Source: an uncultured Chloroflexia bacterium (lineage in GTDB: Bacteria; Chloroflexota; Limnocylindria; Limnocylindrales; CSP1-4). From it: DNA of 64,000 nucleotides. The notes under the pieces were generated by a model. The model was given only the letters and a program-made list of their open reading frames with translations. It ran no database searches and was not told the origin of the DNA. The number at the start of each line of letters is the position of its first letter. The first letter of the stretch is position 1. Of the stretch, positions 1-10,635 are shown in pieces. A program made the translations under genes and the position numbers. Where the stretch lies: the NCBI GenBank assembly GCA_963720755.1, contig CAVRGP010000006.1, positions 96,001-160,000 on the forward strand, given 5' to 3'.

Positions 1-1047
1 CTCGCCGGCGACGCGGGCAAGATCGGGTCGGAGATCCTGCGTCCGGTCATGCACGTTCCCCGTCATCCATTGGCTCTCGCTAGGTTCGGCCTCCCGGCAC
101 TGCGGTCGGCCGAAGGTCTCGCTCGTAGCCGGTTCGACGGAGACGATGCCCGCGCCCTGTTCGGTGGGATCGCAGCCCATGCCATGCTCCGTCTCGATCG
201 TCCGTTGAGCGCCTCGTTTGGACTGGTCCTGGCAACGTATGCCCACGCGGTCGGCTGGCCGATGATCCGGGGCGGGGCTGACGCGGTGGCAGGGGCCATG
301 GCGGCCGAGCTCCAGGAACACGGCGGGGACATCGTCACCGGGCAACGCGTGGATGACATCGCCGAGCTTCCGCCCTCGCGGGCGGTCCTCTTCGATACGA
401 CACCTCGGCAGCTCGTCGCCATCGCCGGCGACCGGCTGTCGGGGCGCACTCGGTGGCTGGCTCAGCGGTTCCGCTACGGTTCGGGCGTATTCAAGGTCGA
501 CTGGGCCCTCGATGGGCCAGTGCCGTGGGCGGCCGAGGGTCCGCGCCGCGCGGCCACCATCCACCTCGGCGGCACGCTCGACGAGATCGCCGCTTCTGAG
601 GCGGATGTCGCGGCCGGTCGACATCCGGATCGACCCTATGTGCTGTTCGTGCAGTACGCTCCGTGGGACACGACGCGAGCCCCGGCAGGCAAGACGACCG
701 CATGGGCGTATTGCCACGTGCCGTCAGGTTCCGGCGTCGACATGACGGACCGGATCGAGGCCCAGGTCGAGCGGTTCGCTCCGGGGTTCCGCGATCGGAT
801 CCTGGCGCGTGCCGTTGCGGGGCCTGCCGCCATCGAGGCGCACGATGCGAACTACATCGGCGGCGACATCATCGGCGGGATCCAGGACATCCGCCAACTC
901 ATCTTCCGACCGTGGCCCTCACTCGATCCCTACCACGTCGGCGCGGGCCTCTACCTCTGCTCCTCGTCCACACCACCCGGTGGGGGCGTCCACGGGATGA
1001 GCGGGATGCTTGCCGCGAACTCCGCCCTGCGCCACGAGCTGCGCTGA
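1..1047 (+). CDS. Phytoene dehydrogenase-related NAD(P)/FAD-dependent oxidoreductase (5'-partial)
   Basis: Frame open from the window edge; C-terminal 'LYLCSSSTPPGGGVHGMSG' and 'TAWAYCHVP' motifs typical of the COG1233 family. Confidence 0.85.
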   Translation, partial: LAGDAGKIGSEILRPVMHVPRHPLALARFGLPALRSAEGLARSRFDGDDARALFGGIAAHAMLRLDRPLSASFGLVLATYAHAVGWPMIRGGADAVAGAMAAELQEHGGDIVTGQRVDDIAELPPSRAVLFDTTPRQLVAIAGDRLSGRTRWLAQRFRYGSGVFKVDWALDGPVPWAAEGPRRAATIHLGGTLDEIAASEADVAAGRHPDRPYVLFVQYAPWDTTRAPAGKTTAWAYCHVPSGSGVDMTDRIEAQVERFAPGFRDRILARAVAGPAAIEAHDANYIGGDIIGGIQDIRQLIFRPWPSLDPYHVGAGLYLCSSSTPPGGGVHGMSGMLAANSALRHELR

Positions 1048-1102
1048 CCGAGCCACTGCAGGTGGTCGAAGCCGGGCCGCCGCCGGGTCGATAATGTCGG
1101 AC

Positions 1103-2203
1103 ATGAGGACTCGGATCGTGGACGGTCTGGCGGGCCTCGATGCGTTGCGCGACGGTTGGATGCGGCTCGAGCAAGGGGCGGTCCTCCCGATGCAGCAGTT
1201 CATCTGGTCGCGGGCGGGTGCGGCCACATTCACGTCCGATGCCGAACTCCGGGTCATCGCGCTCGATGATGGGAATCGAACGGTGGCGATCGCGCCACTG
1301 ATCTACCGAACGTCCAGCGCCCGCCTCGAATGGCTCGGCGTGGCAGAGCTGTACGAACCGATGGATGCTCTGTACGAGAGCGAGGATGTGGTCCCCTTGC
1401 TGGCGGCGGCCATCGTCGATCTGGAACTACCCATCTTCCTCCGCCGGATCCCGGTCGCCTCGCCGCTCACGGATGCCCTCGCGAGGGCCTATCGGTCTCG
1501 TGGGACGTCGATCTGCCGACCCGACAGCGCGTGGCCAACGATCACGTTGGATGATGCCTGGGCGGATCCGGAGAGCAAGTTTCGCGCCCACCGTCGCGCC
1601 TATCTGCACCGCGCGCGCCGGATCGCGGAGGAACTCGGAACCGTCGAATCGGAAGTCCTGACCCCGACGCCTGAGAACCTTCCGCCACGGCTGGAGGAGG
1701 CCATCGCCGTTGAAGCGTCCAGCTGGAAGGGCAGGACCGGCACCGCGCTCGAGTTGGATCCGATCCGAGGCGCCTTCTACCGCCAGTATGCGGCGGCCGC
1801 GGCGGCGCAGGGCACCCTGCGTCTCTGCTTTCTCCGCATCGACGGGCGAGCCATCGCGATGCAGTTGGCGGTCGAGTTCGCCGACGCCTTCTGGCTCCTG
1901 AAGATCGGCTACGACGAAGCGTTTGCGGCTTGCTCTCCCGGCAACCTCCTGATCCGCGAGACGATCAGCGCAACGGCACAGCGCCATGTTGGTTCGATCG
2001 CATTCCTCGGGGCGGTCGAGCCCTGGAAGGAGGAGTGGACCCACGAGCAGGATCCGTGCGTCGTCCTCCGTGGATACCCGTCAGGTCGTCGGGGCCTGCG
2101 GCGACTCACGACCGACTTGGCTGGGGCTGGCCGCAGGCGACTCCCCTTGTCGGGCCGAACGGACAGAGAAGCTCGGGCACGGGACCGCGGCGATCACGGG
2201 TGA
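1103..2203 (+). CDS. GNAT family acetyltransferase (CelD/BcsL-like)
   Basis: 'ASSWKG', 'LKIGYDEAFAACSPGNLL' and 'FLGAVEPWKEEW' motifs; start placed at ATG 1103, 7 nt after a GATAAT -10-like box (ATG 1094 is the alternative). Confidence 0.75.
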   Translation: MRTRIVDGLAGLDALRDGWMRLEQGAVLPMQQFIWSRAGAATFTSDAELRVIALDDGNRTVAIAPLIYRTSSARLEWLGVAELYEPMDALYESEDVVPLLAAAIVDLELPIFLRRIPVASPLTDALARAYRSRGTSICRPDSAWPTITLDDAWADPESKFRAHRRAYLHRARRIAEELGTVESEVLTPTPENLPPRLEEAIAVEASSWKGRTGTALELDPIRGAFYRQYAAAAAAQGTLRLCFLRIDGRAIAMQLAVEFADAFWLLKIGYDEAFAACSPGNLLIRETISATAQRHVGSIAFLGAVEPWKEEWTHEQDPCVVLRGYPSGRRGLRRLTTDLAGAGRRRLPLSGRTDREARARDRGDHG

Positions 2204-2448
2204 GCGCATGGTCGAGGTCCACGGACAACCTTGCGAAATGTTCACCCACGGACCGCTATGCCAACTCAGGCGGGCCAAATGCCTTTACTTGGAGCGAGTT
2301 CCGCCGATCGGTTGCCTCGGCTGAGCGCGAACCGGCGGCGGACAGGCGACCGCCGCATACCGGCGCTGAGGCGGACCTGCCCTAACGGTCTACCCATGAG
2401 AGTCCTGCCAGGTGCGCGGCTGCGGGTCACGTCGGCCCGGCCCTCTCG

Positions 2449-3204
2449 TCAGGCCGACAGCTGGCGCCGGAGCCAGAACCCGAACACCAGCGCCCCGACG
2501 GCTGGCACCACGGACAGCGCCATCAGGAGTAACAGCATGACGACGATGACGACCCGGACGTCCTCGACCGAGGCCTCGACCACGCCCGACCGCAGTCGCT
2601 CGGCCAGAACGGCGGTGCTGTCGCCAAGCTGACCGAGCGACGCTGCGTTGGCCTCCAGTGATGCCTGATTGGTGGCCAGTCCGTCGGCGATCGACGTGAG
2701 CCGCGAGTCGAGCCCTTCGATCGAGCCCGCGATGCCATCCACCGCGCCCGCCGCGGGACCGAGCGGCGAGACGCCCAGGATGTTGACGGCGCTGAGTACG
2801 TCGCGCAGCGTCTCGAGGTTGGTTCGGACCCCGATGATCGTATCGGCGGCGGCCGCGACCGACGCCTGGGTCCGGTCGAGCGTGACCGAAAACGTCTGGG
2901 CCGTGGACGAGGCGTCGTGGAGGACCTGGGCCGTCCGCTCCAGCGTCGTCGCCAGCGGATCCATCGACGCCGCGACCCGTTCACCCGCCGCGTCGATCCG
3001 ACCATTGACCCAGACCAGAGTCCCCAGCCCGATGAACGCCACGACGAGCCCGATGATCCCGTAGGCGATCAGCCCGCGACTCAGGCGATGGAGGCCACGC
3101 CGGAGATCGAGCTGTGGTGGGGCGGTCTCGGGTGGGGCCCCGCCCGGCGCGACCGGCGGCGTGGTGGGCACCGGCCCGTAGTCCTCGGTCGGCGAATCGC
3201 TCAT
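2449..3204 (-). CDS. Hypothetical membrane protein (2 TM, helical or coiled-coil middle)
   Basis: Hydrophobic N- and C-terminal segments, heptad-like middle; ATGA overlap with the upstream gene at 3201-3204. Confidence 0.7.
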   Translation of the reverse strand: MSDSPTEDYGPVPTTPPVAPGGAPPETAPPQLDLRRGLHRLSRGLIAYGIIGLVVAFIGLGTLVWVNGRIDAAGERVAASMDPLATTLERTAQVLHDASSTAQTFSVTLDRTQASVAAAADTIIGVRTNLETLRDVLSAVNILGVSPLGPAAGAVDGIAGSIEGLDSRLTSIADGLATNQASLEANAASLGQLGDSTAVLAERLRSGVVEASVEDVRVVIVVMLLLLMALSVVPAVGALVFGFWLRRQLSA

Positions 3205-3965
3205 CCATCCCACTCCACGACGTCACCGATCGCGGTCGGCACGGTCCGGACATCGGGGGCGAGTTCGGCCGCGTACTCGACGAACGCGGCCGGCGGCTCG
3301 ACGAGCCGTTCCGGAAAGACTCGTCCGAGCGCGTGGGGCCAGTAGGTGCCCCAGTGGATCGGCGTCGCCGCCCGCGGCCGGATCAGGCGCAGGGCCATCG
3401 CGGCGCGGAATGGGTCGAGATGCAGGCCCCGGCCCAAGGTCGGACCCCAACCCCAAACGGGAAGGAGCGCGAGGTCGATGGGCTCGCCGAGTTCGCCCAT
3501 GCCGGCGAACAGATCCGTGTCCCCGGCGAAGTAGATCGTCCGACTGCCCCGGATCACGAAGCCCAGGGGCGGGGCGGTCGGACCGAGCGGCGGCCGATAC
3601 CCGGAATGGACGGCCGGGACCGCACGGATCACGACTCCGCCGACCGACGTCGCGTCGGCGACCGCCATCTCCCGGACGTCGGTGAAGCCGGCGGACCGCA
3701 TCCAGGCTCCCGATCCGGCGGGAACGAACATCGGCACATCGCGCCCGAGGCTCCGCAACGACGGGACATCGAGGTGGTCCCAGTGGAGGTGCGAGATGAG
3801 GACGGCGTCGATGCCGCGCAGCCGGTCGCGACGCGGCACGGGCTCGACTCGTCGCAATGGCCCGACTCGGGCCCGGGTCACCGGATCGGTCACCAACCGG
3901 ATCCCGTCGATCTCGATGACGACCGTCGAGTGGCCGATGAAGTCGAGAGCGACGGGCTCGGTCAT
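3201..3965 (-). CDS. MBL-fold metallo-hydrolase (UlaG/NAPE-PLD-like)
   Basis: 'GHST', '[10 protein letters not shown]' (HxHxDH), 'YFAGDT', 'PIHWGT'; true start MTEPVAL lies inside the longer ORF. Confidence 0.85.
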   Translation of the reverse strand: MTEPVALDFIGHSTVVIEIDGIRLVTDPVTRARVGPLRRVEPVPRRDRLRGIDAVLISHLHWDHLDVPSLRSLGRDVPMFVPAGSGAWMRSAGFTDVREMAVADATSVGGVVIRAVPAVHSGYRPPLGPTAPPLGFVIRGSRTIYFAGDTDLFAGMGELGEPIDLALLPVWGWGPTLGRGLHLDPFRAAMALRLIRPRAATPIHWGTYWPHALGRVFPERLVEPPAAFVEYAAELAPDVRTVPTAIGDVVEWDG

Positions 3966-6079
3966 CGCCAGCCGGTTCGGGCAGCGTCCGGATACAGGCG
4001 GACCCGCCGGTACGGCTCGCGGCCACGCGACCGTGACACGAGATTGGCCCGCTCCGCCATCTGGTGCTGGAGTCGGCGGATGTACGCGTTCTGGGGCGAC
4101 AACTCGATCGCCTCCGACGACGACAGGACGGACTCGATCGCGTCCTCGGTCTCGCGCATCGCCGCCTCGCGTGGGTCGATCTCGAGCGAGAAGATCGAGG
4201 TCAGGCTCGACTGCATCTGCGGGATCGTGTTGCTCTTGAGCACGTAGATCGGCATCGCTCGATCCTCGGCGTCGCGAAGCAGCGGGGTCTTCTGCTTGTA
4301 TTCGTTGCGGAGGGTCATGACCACGTCCGCCTCGTCCACGTCCCGGGCGATCACGACGGGCAGTTGCAGGTCGCGAACCGCCTGCTCGAGCCGCTTCCGG
4401 CTGATGCCCTGGGGGAGGACCCGCAACGTCGGCAGCGGCGACCCGCCGGGTGTCAGCACGGTCGTGCCGTCCGGACCCTCCTCGGCCCCCAGTGGCAGGC
4501 GATCGAGATCGTCGTCCTCCAGATCGTCGGCGTTGACCGGACCGGTGCCGTCCTCGGCGCGCATCGCGTTGAGGGCCTTGCTGGCCTGGTCTCGCCACGC
4601 CTTCTGGCGCTCCAGCTCACGGGCCTCGCGAGCCCGGGTCTCGGACGCGGACAGGGCCGCTCCGCGCTCGAGCGGGCCTCGATCCGCGATCTCGCCGGCA
4701 ACGAATGGATCCTCCGAGCCGGCGACCTCGCCACGGCTGCCGGCCGGTCTGCGCCCGCTGGGCGACGGCGGGGAGGCGAACCGTTCACCGGGGATCGTGC
4801 CGGCCCAGCCACCCTCCGATGTCGTGCCCCGGGTGGCGGGCTCACGCCCGGAACCGCCTCGCGAAGCCCGCCAGCCCCCAGTCGCCCCAGGCCGATATCC
4901 GGGCCTGGCGCCGCCGCGATCCGCTTCCCGATAGCCGCCGTTTCGATACGCCCCTTCGCCGCGCCAGCCCGGCTCCATCCGCCATGGCGTCCCGGCCCCG
5001 ACCAGGCCGGCGAACCGTTCGGCGCCGAGTTGCTCGCGAGGCGACGGGCGCGGCCGGCCCTGGCTCCGATGGACGCCCTCCTCGTCGCGCCAGCGAAGTT
5101 CCGGAGCGACCTGATCGCCTCGGAGCATCGCATCGATCGTGTCGGCGACGTCCGCATGGACGACCACGCGCTCGCGATCGACGATCTCCACGATGACATC
5201 GAAGGTCGGTGGTGCCTTGCGTTCCAGGACGCTCTTCTGGGTCCGCCGGCGGCGCGCCTCCTCGTCGCCGAGGGTCACGCTCTGGATCCCGCCGATCAGG
5301 TCGGACAGGGTCGGATTGAGCATCAGGTTGTCGAGGTTGTTGCCGTGCGCCGTCCCGATCAGCTGGACTCCGCGCTCGGCGATCGTCCGGGCCGCCTGTG
5401 CCTCGAGTTCGGTCCCGATCTCGTCGATGACGATGACCTGGGGCATGTGGTTCTCGACGGCTTCGATCATCACCTCGTGCTGCAGCGATGGCGTGCGGAC
5501 CTGCATCCGGCGTGCCTTGCCGATCGCCGGGTGCGGGATGTCGCCATCGCCCGCGATCTCGTTCGAGGTGTCGACCACGACGACGCGCTTGCCCATGTCG
5601 TCGGCGAGGACGCGCGCCGCCTCGCGCAACATCGTCGTCTTGCCGATGCCCGGGCGACCCATGATCAGGATCGACTTCCCGGTCTCGACGAAGTCGTTGA
5701 TGATCTCGATCGTTCCGTAGACGGCGCGACCGATCCGGCAGGTCAGCCCGACGATCTTGCCGTTCCGATTGCGGATGGCGCTGATCCGATGGAGCGTCCG
5801 CTCGATGCCTGCGCGGTTGTCGTCGCCGAACGTCCCGATGTGCTCCACGACGAAGGCGATGTCGGCCTCGGTGATCTCACGATCCAGCAGGCTCACCTCC
5901 GAATCCGGGAAGCGCGCCTCCGGGCGCCGGCCGAGATCCATGACGACCTCGATCAGCGCGTTCCGATCGGGCAGGGCGTGGACCGCAGCCACGATCTCCG
6001 GGGGCAGCGACGCGAGCAGGGCATCGAGATCGTCGATCGACTCGCGCGGGCGTTCGTCGGATCCCATCCTGACCTCCAT
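3962..6079 (-). CDS. Ycf45/SpoIIIAA-like AAA+ ATPase with C-terminal R3H domain
   Basis: Walker [10 protein letters not shown], '[12 protein letters not shown]', '[18 protein letters not shown]'; R3H '[11 protein letters not shown]'. Confidence 0.9.
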   Translation of the reverse strand: MEVRMGSDERPRESIDDLDALLASLPPEIVAAVHALPDRNALIEVVMDLGRRPEARFPDSEVSLLDREITEADIAFVVEHIGTFGDDNRAGIERTLHRISAIRNRNGKIVGLTCRIGRAVYGTIEIINDFVETGKSILIMGRPGIGKTTMLREAARVLADDMGKRVVVVDTSNEIAGDGDIPHPAIGKARRMQVRTPSLQHEVMIEAVENHMPQVIVIDEIGTELEAQAARTIAERGVQLIGTAHGNNLDNLMLNPTLSDLIGGIQSVTLGDEEARRRRTQKSVLERKAPPTFDVIVEIVDRERVVVHADVADTIDAMLRGDQVAPELRWRDEEGVHRSQGRPRPSPREQLGAERFAGLVGAGTPWRMEPGWRGEGAYRNGGYREADRGGARPGYRPGATGGWRASRGGSGREPATRGTTSEGGWAGTIPGERFASPPSPSGRRPAGSRGEVAGSEDPFVAGEIADRGPLERGAALSASETRAREARELERQKAWRDQASKALNAMRAEDGTGPVNADDLEDDDLDRLPLGAEEGPDGTTVLTPGGSPLPTLRVLPQGISRKRLEQAVRDLQLPVVIARDVDEADVVMTLRNEYKQKTPLLRDAEDRAMPIYVLKSNTIPQMQSSLTSIFSLEIDPREAAMRETEDAIESVLSSSEAIELSPQNAYIRRLQHQMAERANLVSRSRGREPYRRVRLYPDAARTGWR

Positions 6080-7143
6080 TAGCGGACGCCGGCCGGCACG
6101 AGGGCCGGTTCGGCGACGCGGACGAGGGTTTCCTTCATCAGCAGATTGACCCTGGCGACCGATCCGAAGCCGGCCTCCTCCAGGCGACGGTCGATCGGCG
6201 ATTCGTAGGTCCGGACCGGCGCGATGACGCCGTGATCATGGCGGTGGTCGCCCTTCGACGTCTGGGCCGCGATGGCGCCCAGGCCGTAGTCGACGAGGTC
6301 CGTCACGTCGACCTCGGGGCGGGCCATCACCCTGAGGTAGTGGGGCTGGTCCTCCTTGGCCACGCCGATCTGGAGGAAGCCGTCGAGCTGCGTCCCGTCC
6401 GGGCCGCCATCCGGCGACGTCTGGACGAATCCCTCGACATCGGCGAACCGGAGGATCGGCGTGAGGCTGGATCTCGGCACGCGCCAATGCGAGCCCTGCC
6501 GCTCCCAGTCGGTCAGCCGGATGGCCTCGAGCCGGGCGACCGGGGCCGGCGTCACTGCGGAATAGAGTCGTGCCAGCGGCAACGCGTCGAGGCTATCCGT
6601 GGGCCGGATCCGACAGGCGGCCGCGCGATCGTCGGGCCAGGGCGCCGGCAGCGCCTCGCCGGGCGCGCGGAACAGGACGTGTTCCTCGCCGTAGCGCATG
6701 AAACCGGCCTGCATCAGCAGCTCGACGTTGCCGTCGGCGTCGGCGCAGGCGACATGGAATCGCGCGGCAGCGCGTTTGGCCCCCTCGCGCAGGAGCTGCT
6801 GCACGAGCCGGTACCGGATGTCGCCCGCGTTGGCCATCCCGACCGCGTCGAGCTCGACGATCGTCCACTCGTCCCGAACGTTCTCGCGTTCCACGCGGAC
6901 CAGACCGGCGATCCGGCCGTCCTCTTCGTAGACGAACATGAGGTCATTCGGTCGGAAGGCGCCGAGCGGCAGTCGGAACAGGCTGAATACCCCGATCGGC
7001 GGACCGTTGACCGGGAGGCCAAGCGAGCGCGTCTCGGCACCGTCGGACTGGCACAGCCGCGACAGCTCGCCGAGGGCGGCCAGATCGGTCAGGCGGGCGG
7101 CCCGGACCTTGCCGGAGCTGCGCGGCTGGCGAAGCGTGGTCAT
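6079..7143 (-). CDS. Hypothetical protein, tandem GNAT-like fold
   Basis: 'VRAARLTDL', '[10 protein letters not shown]', and 'LMQAGF' / 'LEEAGF' GNAT-type end motifs; coupled to both neighbours. Confidence 0.65.
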   Translation of the reverse strand: MTTLRQPRSSGKVRAARLTDLAALGELSRLCQSDGAETRSLGLPVNGPPIGVFSLFRLPLGAFRPNDLMFVYEEDGRIAGLVRVERENVRDEWTIVELDAVGMANAGDIRYRLVQQLLREGAKRAAARFHVACADADGNVELLMQAGFMRYGEEHVLFRAPGEALPAPWPDDRAAACRIRPTDSLDALPLARLYSAVTPAPVARLEAIRLTDWERQGSHWRVPRSSLTPILRFADVEGFVQTSPDGGPDGTQLDGFLQIGVAKEDQPHYLRVMARPEVDVTDLVDYGLGAIAAQTSKGDHRHDHGVIAPVRTYESPIDRRLEEAGFGSVARVNLLMKETLVRVAEPALVPAGVR

Positions 7144-7796
7144 CGGTCGGCTCGATGGTGATGCGCTGCGCGTTCGCGGCGAGTCGGGTGCCGGCGCCGG
7201 CCGGAACCCTCGGCGGGGTCGTCGTACTCGGCAGCCATGGTGGCGACGAGCCGGTGGAACCGGGTCTCCCCCGCGAGCTCCGGATGGAACGCGGTCGCGA
7301 CGATGTTCCGTTGACGAACCGCGACGATCCGTCCGTCGTCAAGGCGAGCGAGGATGTCGACATCGGGACCCGTTCGCTCGACGATCGGTGCCCGGATGAA
7401 GACGGCGTGGACCGGGGTGTCGCCGAGGACCGGGACGATGAGGTCGGCCTCGAACGATTCGAGTTGGCGGCCGAATGCGTTGCGGGCCACGGTCACGTCA
7501 AGAAGCGGAAGGATCGGCGGCTCGCCACCGGAGATCTCGGCGGCCAGGACGATCATCCCGGCGCACGTCCCGAAGATCGGCGCACCGCGCTGGGCCAGGT
7601 CGAGGATCGGCCCGCGGAGGCCCCAGCGGTCGATGAGCTGGCGCATGGTCGTACTCTCACCGCCCGGCAGGATGAGTCCGCCCACCCCATCGAGGTCGGC
7701 CGGCTCGCGCACGCGGACACCAGCGACGCCGATCGCTTCAAGCGTATCGAGGTGCTCGCGGAACGCCCCCTGGAGGGCCAGGACGCCGATCCTCAT
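7140..7796 (-). CDS. pdxT: Pyridoxal 5'-phosphate synthase glutaminase subunit
   Basis: 'IGVLALQG', 'LPGGESTT', 'GTCAG', 'RNAFGRQ', 'FHPEL'. Confidence 0.95.
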   Translation of the reverse strand: MRIGVLALQGAFREHLDTLEAIGVAGVRVREPADLDGVGGLILPGGESTTMRQLIDRWGLRGPILDLAQRGAPIFGTCAGMIVLAAEISGGEPPILPLLDVTVARNAFGRQLESFEADLIVPVLGDTPVHAVFIRAPIVERTGPDVDILARLDDGRIVAVRQRNIVATAFHPELAGETRFHRLVATMAAEYDDPAEGSGRRRHPTRRERAAHHHRADR

Positions 7797-7827
7797 GTCA
7801 TGGTCGCCAGCGAGGTCGTCGGTCGCC

Positions 7828-8715
7828 CTACCAGCCGCGCACCGCGAGGCGATCCTGCTCGGCGATCTCCTCGAGGGCGATGCCGCGCATCGGGGCTCCC
7901 AGGCCCTTCGAGACTTCGGCGATCTTCTTGGGATCGTCGAAGAAGGTCGTCGCCTGGACGATGGCGTTCGCCATCCGGGCCGGATCTTCGCTCTTGAAGA
8001 TGCCCGATCCGACGAAGACACCCTCGGCGCCGAGCTGCATCACGAGCGCAGCATCGGCCGGCGTGCTGATCCCGCCGGCGACGAAGTTGACGACGGGCAG
8101 CTTGCCGTCGGCCGCGACGCCGCGGACCAGGTCGTACGGGGCACCGAGATCTTTGGCCGCCACGAACAGCTCGTCGTCGCGCAGGCCCTGGAGCCTGCGG
8201 ATCTCGGCCAGGACATCGCGCAGCTGGCGAACCGCCTCCACGATGTTGCCGGTACCGGCCTCGCCCTTGGTCCGCATCATCGCGGCACCTTCGTTGATCC
8301 GACGGAGCGCCTCACCGAGATCGCGGCAGCCACACACGAACGGCACCTTGAACGCGTGCTTGTCGATGTGGTTGCGCTCATCGGCCGGGGTCAGGACCTC
8401 GGACTCGTCGATGTAGTCGACGCCGAGGGCTTCTAGGACCTGGGCTTCGACGAAGTGACCGATGCGTGCCTTGGCCATGACCGGGATGGTCACCGCGTCC
8501 ATGATCCCCTCGATCATCGAGGGATCGGACATCCGGGCGACCCCGCCGTCCTTTCGGATATCGGACGGGACGCGCTCCAGCGCCATCACGGCGACAGCGC
8601 CGGCATCCTCGGCGATCTTGGCCTGGTCGGGCGTGACGACATCCATGATGACGCCGCCCTTGAGCATCTGGGCAAGGCCCTTCTTGGTGGCCCAGGTGGA
8701 CGTCTCGACGGTCAT
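7828..8715 (-). CDS. pdxS: Pyridoxal 5'-phosphate synthase lyase subunit
   Basis: '[16 protein letters not shown]', '[13 protein letters not shown]', '[10 protein letters not shown]'. Confidence 0.97.
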   Translation of the reverse strand: MTVETSTWATKKGLAQMLKGGVIMDVVTPDQAKIAEDAGAVAVMALERVPSDIRKDGGVARMSDPSMIEGIMDAVTIPVMAKARIGHFVEAQVLEALGVDYIDESEVLTPADERNHIDKHAFKVPFVCGCRDLGEALRRINEGAAMMRTKGEAGTGNIVEAVRQLRDVLAEIRRLQGLRDDELFVAAKDLGAPYDLVRGVAADGKLPVVNFVAGGISTPADAALVMQLGAEGVFVGSGIFKSEDPARMANAIVQATTFFDDPKKIAEVSKGLGAPMRGIALEEIAEQDRLAVRGW

Positions 8716-8859
8716 GTGGGTGGGATCCCTCTGGTTCCAGGCGCTCGGGTCGCCGGCCGGGTCTGGCCCCGGGGTCGTCGCCCGTTCGAGTCGGCCGAGC
8801 CCCTCGCGCGCGTCGATTATGGCACGACGATGCACGAAGGCCCGAGCTGGGCGCTCGGC

Positions 8860-9630
8860 TCAGCGGGCGACGGTCCGCACGACGCCCGACATCAGCTTGG
8901 TCGCCCGGCGGGCGGCCGTTGGCGACAGGCGGGACAGGGTTTCGACGAGGTCCACGACGTCGTCGTCGGGAAGGCCGCCCAGCAGGTCGAACAGGCGCAG
9001 GATCGTGGCGTCCGGGATCCGGCCCAGAAGCTGCAGCGACCTCTCGAGTTCCCGCGGTTCCACTTGCGGGAGCAGCCCGACCGCTCGGTCGAACAGCCGG
9101 ACGAAGACGAGGAACGCCGACAGCCAGTCCCGGAGGCCTTGAAGTTCGAGATCTCCCGGGTTCGCCTCGAGCGCCAGGGTGGCCTCACGTTCCTTCACCT
9201 CGAGGACCGCCACGATCGGGTCACCCTCGCGCACCTTGCGCTCGGCGACGACGCGACCGAACCACTGCCAGTGATCGCCGACCGCCAGGTAGGCGACGCC
9301 AGCGGGGCCGCGCCGACCCACACGGCGAGGCTCGGGCACACGCTCCACGATGCCCCACGACTCCGCTTCGGCCAGGGCCATGCTGGCTGCGCGATGGCTG
9401 AGTCCGAGCGCTTCCCGAACCTCGCGTTCGGTCAACGGCTCCTGCCGGGCCATCAGATAGGCCTGAACACGGGCGATCGCCGGGGTCACGCCCCATGCGG
9501 TGCCCATCGACCCCCAGGCCTCGGCCAGTTCTATCCGGATCGACTCGGCCGTAGCCGATCCGCCATCGCCGGATGCGACTCGACGATCGTCCGAAAGAGG
9601 CGCCTTGACAGTAGCGAGTTTGAGGTCCAT
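8860..9630 (-). CDS. GbsR/MarR-family transcriptional regulator with C-terminal helical extension
   Basis: 'WGSMGTAWGV...ARVQAYL...PLT..EVREALGLS...SMAL..AESWGIV' winged-helix pattern. Confidence 0.75.
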   Translation of the reverse strand: MDLKLATVKAPLSDDRRVASGDGGSATAESIRIELAEAWGSMGTAWGVTPAIARVQAYLMARQEPLTEREVREALGLSHRAASMALAEAESWGIVERVPEPRRVGRRGPAGVAYLAVGDHWQWFGRVVAERKVREGDPIVAVLEVKEREATLALEANPGDLELQGLRDWLSAFLVFVRLFDRAVGLLPQVEPRELERSLQLLGRIPDATILRLFDLLGGLPDDDVVDLVETLSRLSPTAARRATKLMSGVVRTVAR

Positions 9631-9638
9631 AACTTGCT
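9605..9638 (+). promoter_or_regulatory. Putative sigma70 promoter with overlapping inverted repeat
   Basis: TTGACA(9605-10)-N17-CATAAC(9628-33); IR AGCGAGTT(9613-20)-N10-AACTTGCT(9631-38). Confidence 0.5.
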
Positions 9639-9671
9639 ATGCCAGAGTAGCACGTGCTGAGGTGCCCGTAG

Positions 9672-10142
9672 ATGCGGTCGAGAGATCCGCGCGGTGCGTG
9701 GATCGGCGCGTTCGCCGGTCTGACCCCGACGCTCATGTTGTTCGCCTGGCTCCAGATCACTGGCTGGTCCGGCGATGCTAGCCAGCTGGCGGTCGCGATA
9801 TTCCTGCTCGGTGCGGTGGCCGTCGCTGCGGGTGTGATCGTCGGGCCGCGGCTCGGTGCCGGCATCAGGGCCAGCCTGGTCGGGGTTATCGCCTACGCAC
9901 TGGTCGCCTGGTCGATCTATGTGCCGGTCGGCGTCATCGCTTCGACCGTTGGAGGGATCGCAGACGGGACGCTTCAGGGTGTGGCGGCGATCGTCGGCAG
10001 CGTCGTCGGCTACCTCGCCTATGCGCTCGTGACCAGCCTGTACGTCTGGATCTTCCTCGTCCCGTTCGGCATCGGATGGATCCTCACGGTTCGCATCCTT
10101 CGAGCGGTCCGTCGGACGCCGCCCGACCGAGTCAGTGCCTGA
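9672..10142 (+). CDS. Hypothetical membrane protein (about 4 TM)
   Basis: Hydrophobic ORF with genome-typical codon use. Confidence 0.65.
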   Translation: MRSRDPRGAWIGAFAGLTPTLMLFAWLQITGWSGDASQLAVAIFLLGAVAVAAGVIVGPRLGAGIRASLVGVIAYALVAWSIYVPVGVIASTVGGIADGTLQGVAAIVGSVVGYLAYALVTSLYVWIFLVPFGIGWILTVRILRAVRRTPPDRVSA

Positions 10143-10581
10143 GTCTGAAATTCCACCAACGGCAGTTACCCGGTCGAGCGGCGATACGGACTCGGCGCGG
10201 GTCGCGCGGGGGAGGCGGAGGACGTGGGTGGTGTCCTGGCTCCTCGGGATCGCGCTGGGGATGTTCGCGGGTGGAGGGATCCTCGTGGCCGGGGTGTTTG
10301 GGCTCCTGCTCCTGGTCGCCTCCGTCGTGTGGGCAGCACGTGAGCGGGCGCGTCCACTCGGGCTCGGCGGCCTGCTCATCGGGCTTGGAGCAGGGAGCGG
10401 CGGGCTGCTCGTGCTCGCGAACGCGCGATGTGCGGCCTCGAACGTGACCGCGTCGGACCACTTCTCCGGCTGCGTCGCCCCGGATCTCACACCGTGGTTC
10501 GTTGCCGCCGCGGTATCGGCGGTCATCGGAGTCGCGGTGTCGTTGCTTGGGATGGCTCACACGGAGTTGCGATCCTCCTGA
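10135..10581 (+). CDS. Hypothetical membrane protein
   Basis: Three or four hydrophobic segments, Cys pair in a loop; overlaps the previous stop. Confidence 0.6.
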   Translation: MPESEIPPTAVTRSSGDTDSARVARGRRRTWVVSWLLGIALGMFAGGGILVAGVFGLLLLVASVVWAARERARPLGLGGLLIGLGAGSGGLLVLANARCAASNVTASDHFSGCVAPDLTPWFVAAAVSAVIGVAVSLLGMAHTELRSS

Positions 10582-10635
10582 CCTGTTCATGAATCGTTCC
10601 GGGGCGTCAAGGTCCATCCGTCTATCCTCGTCGGC

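Noticed and set aside
2204-2448. Slightly AT-richer intergenic stretch as a small gene or ncRNA
   Set aside because: No convincing ORF, SD or stable structure recognised
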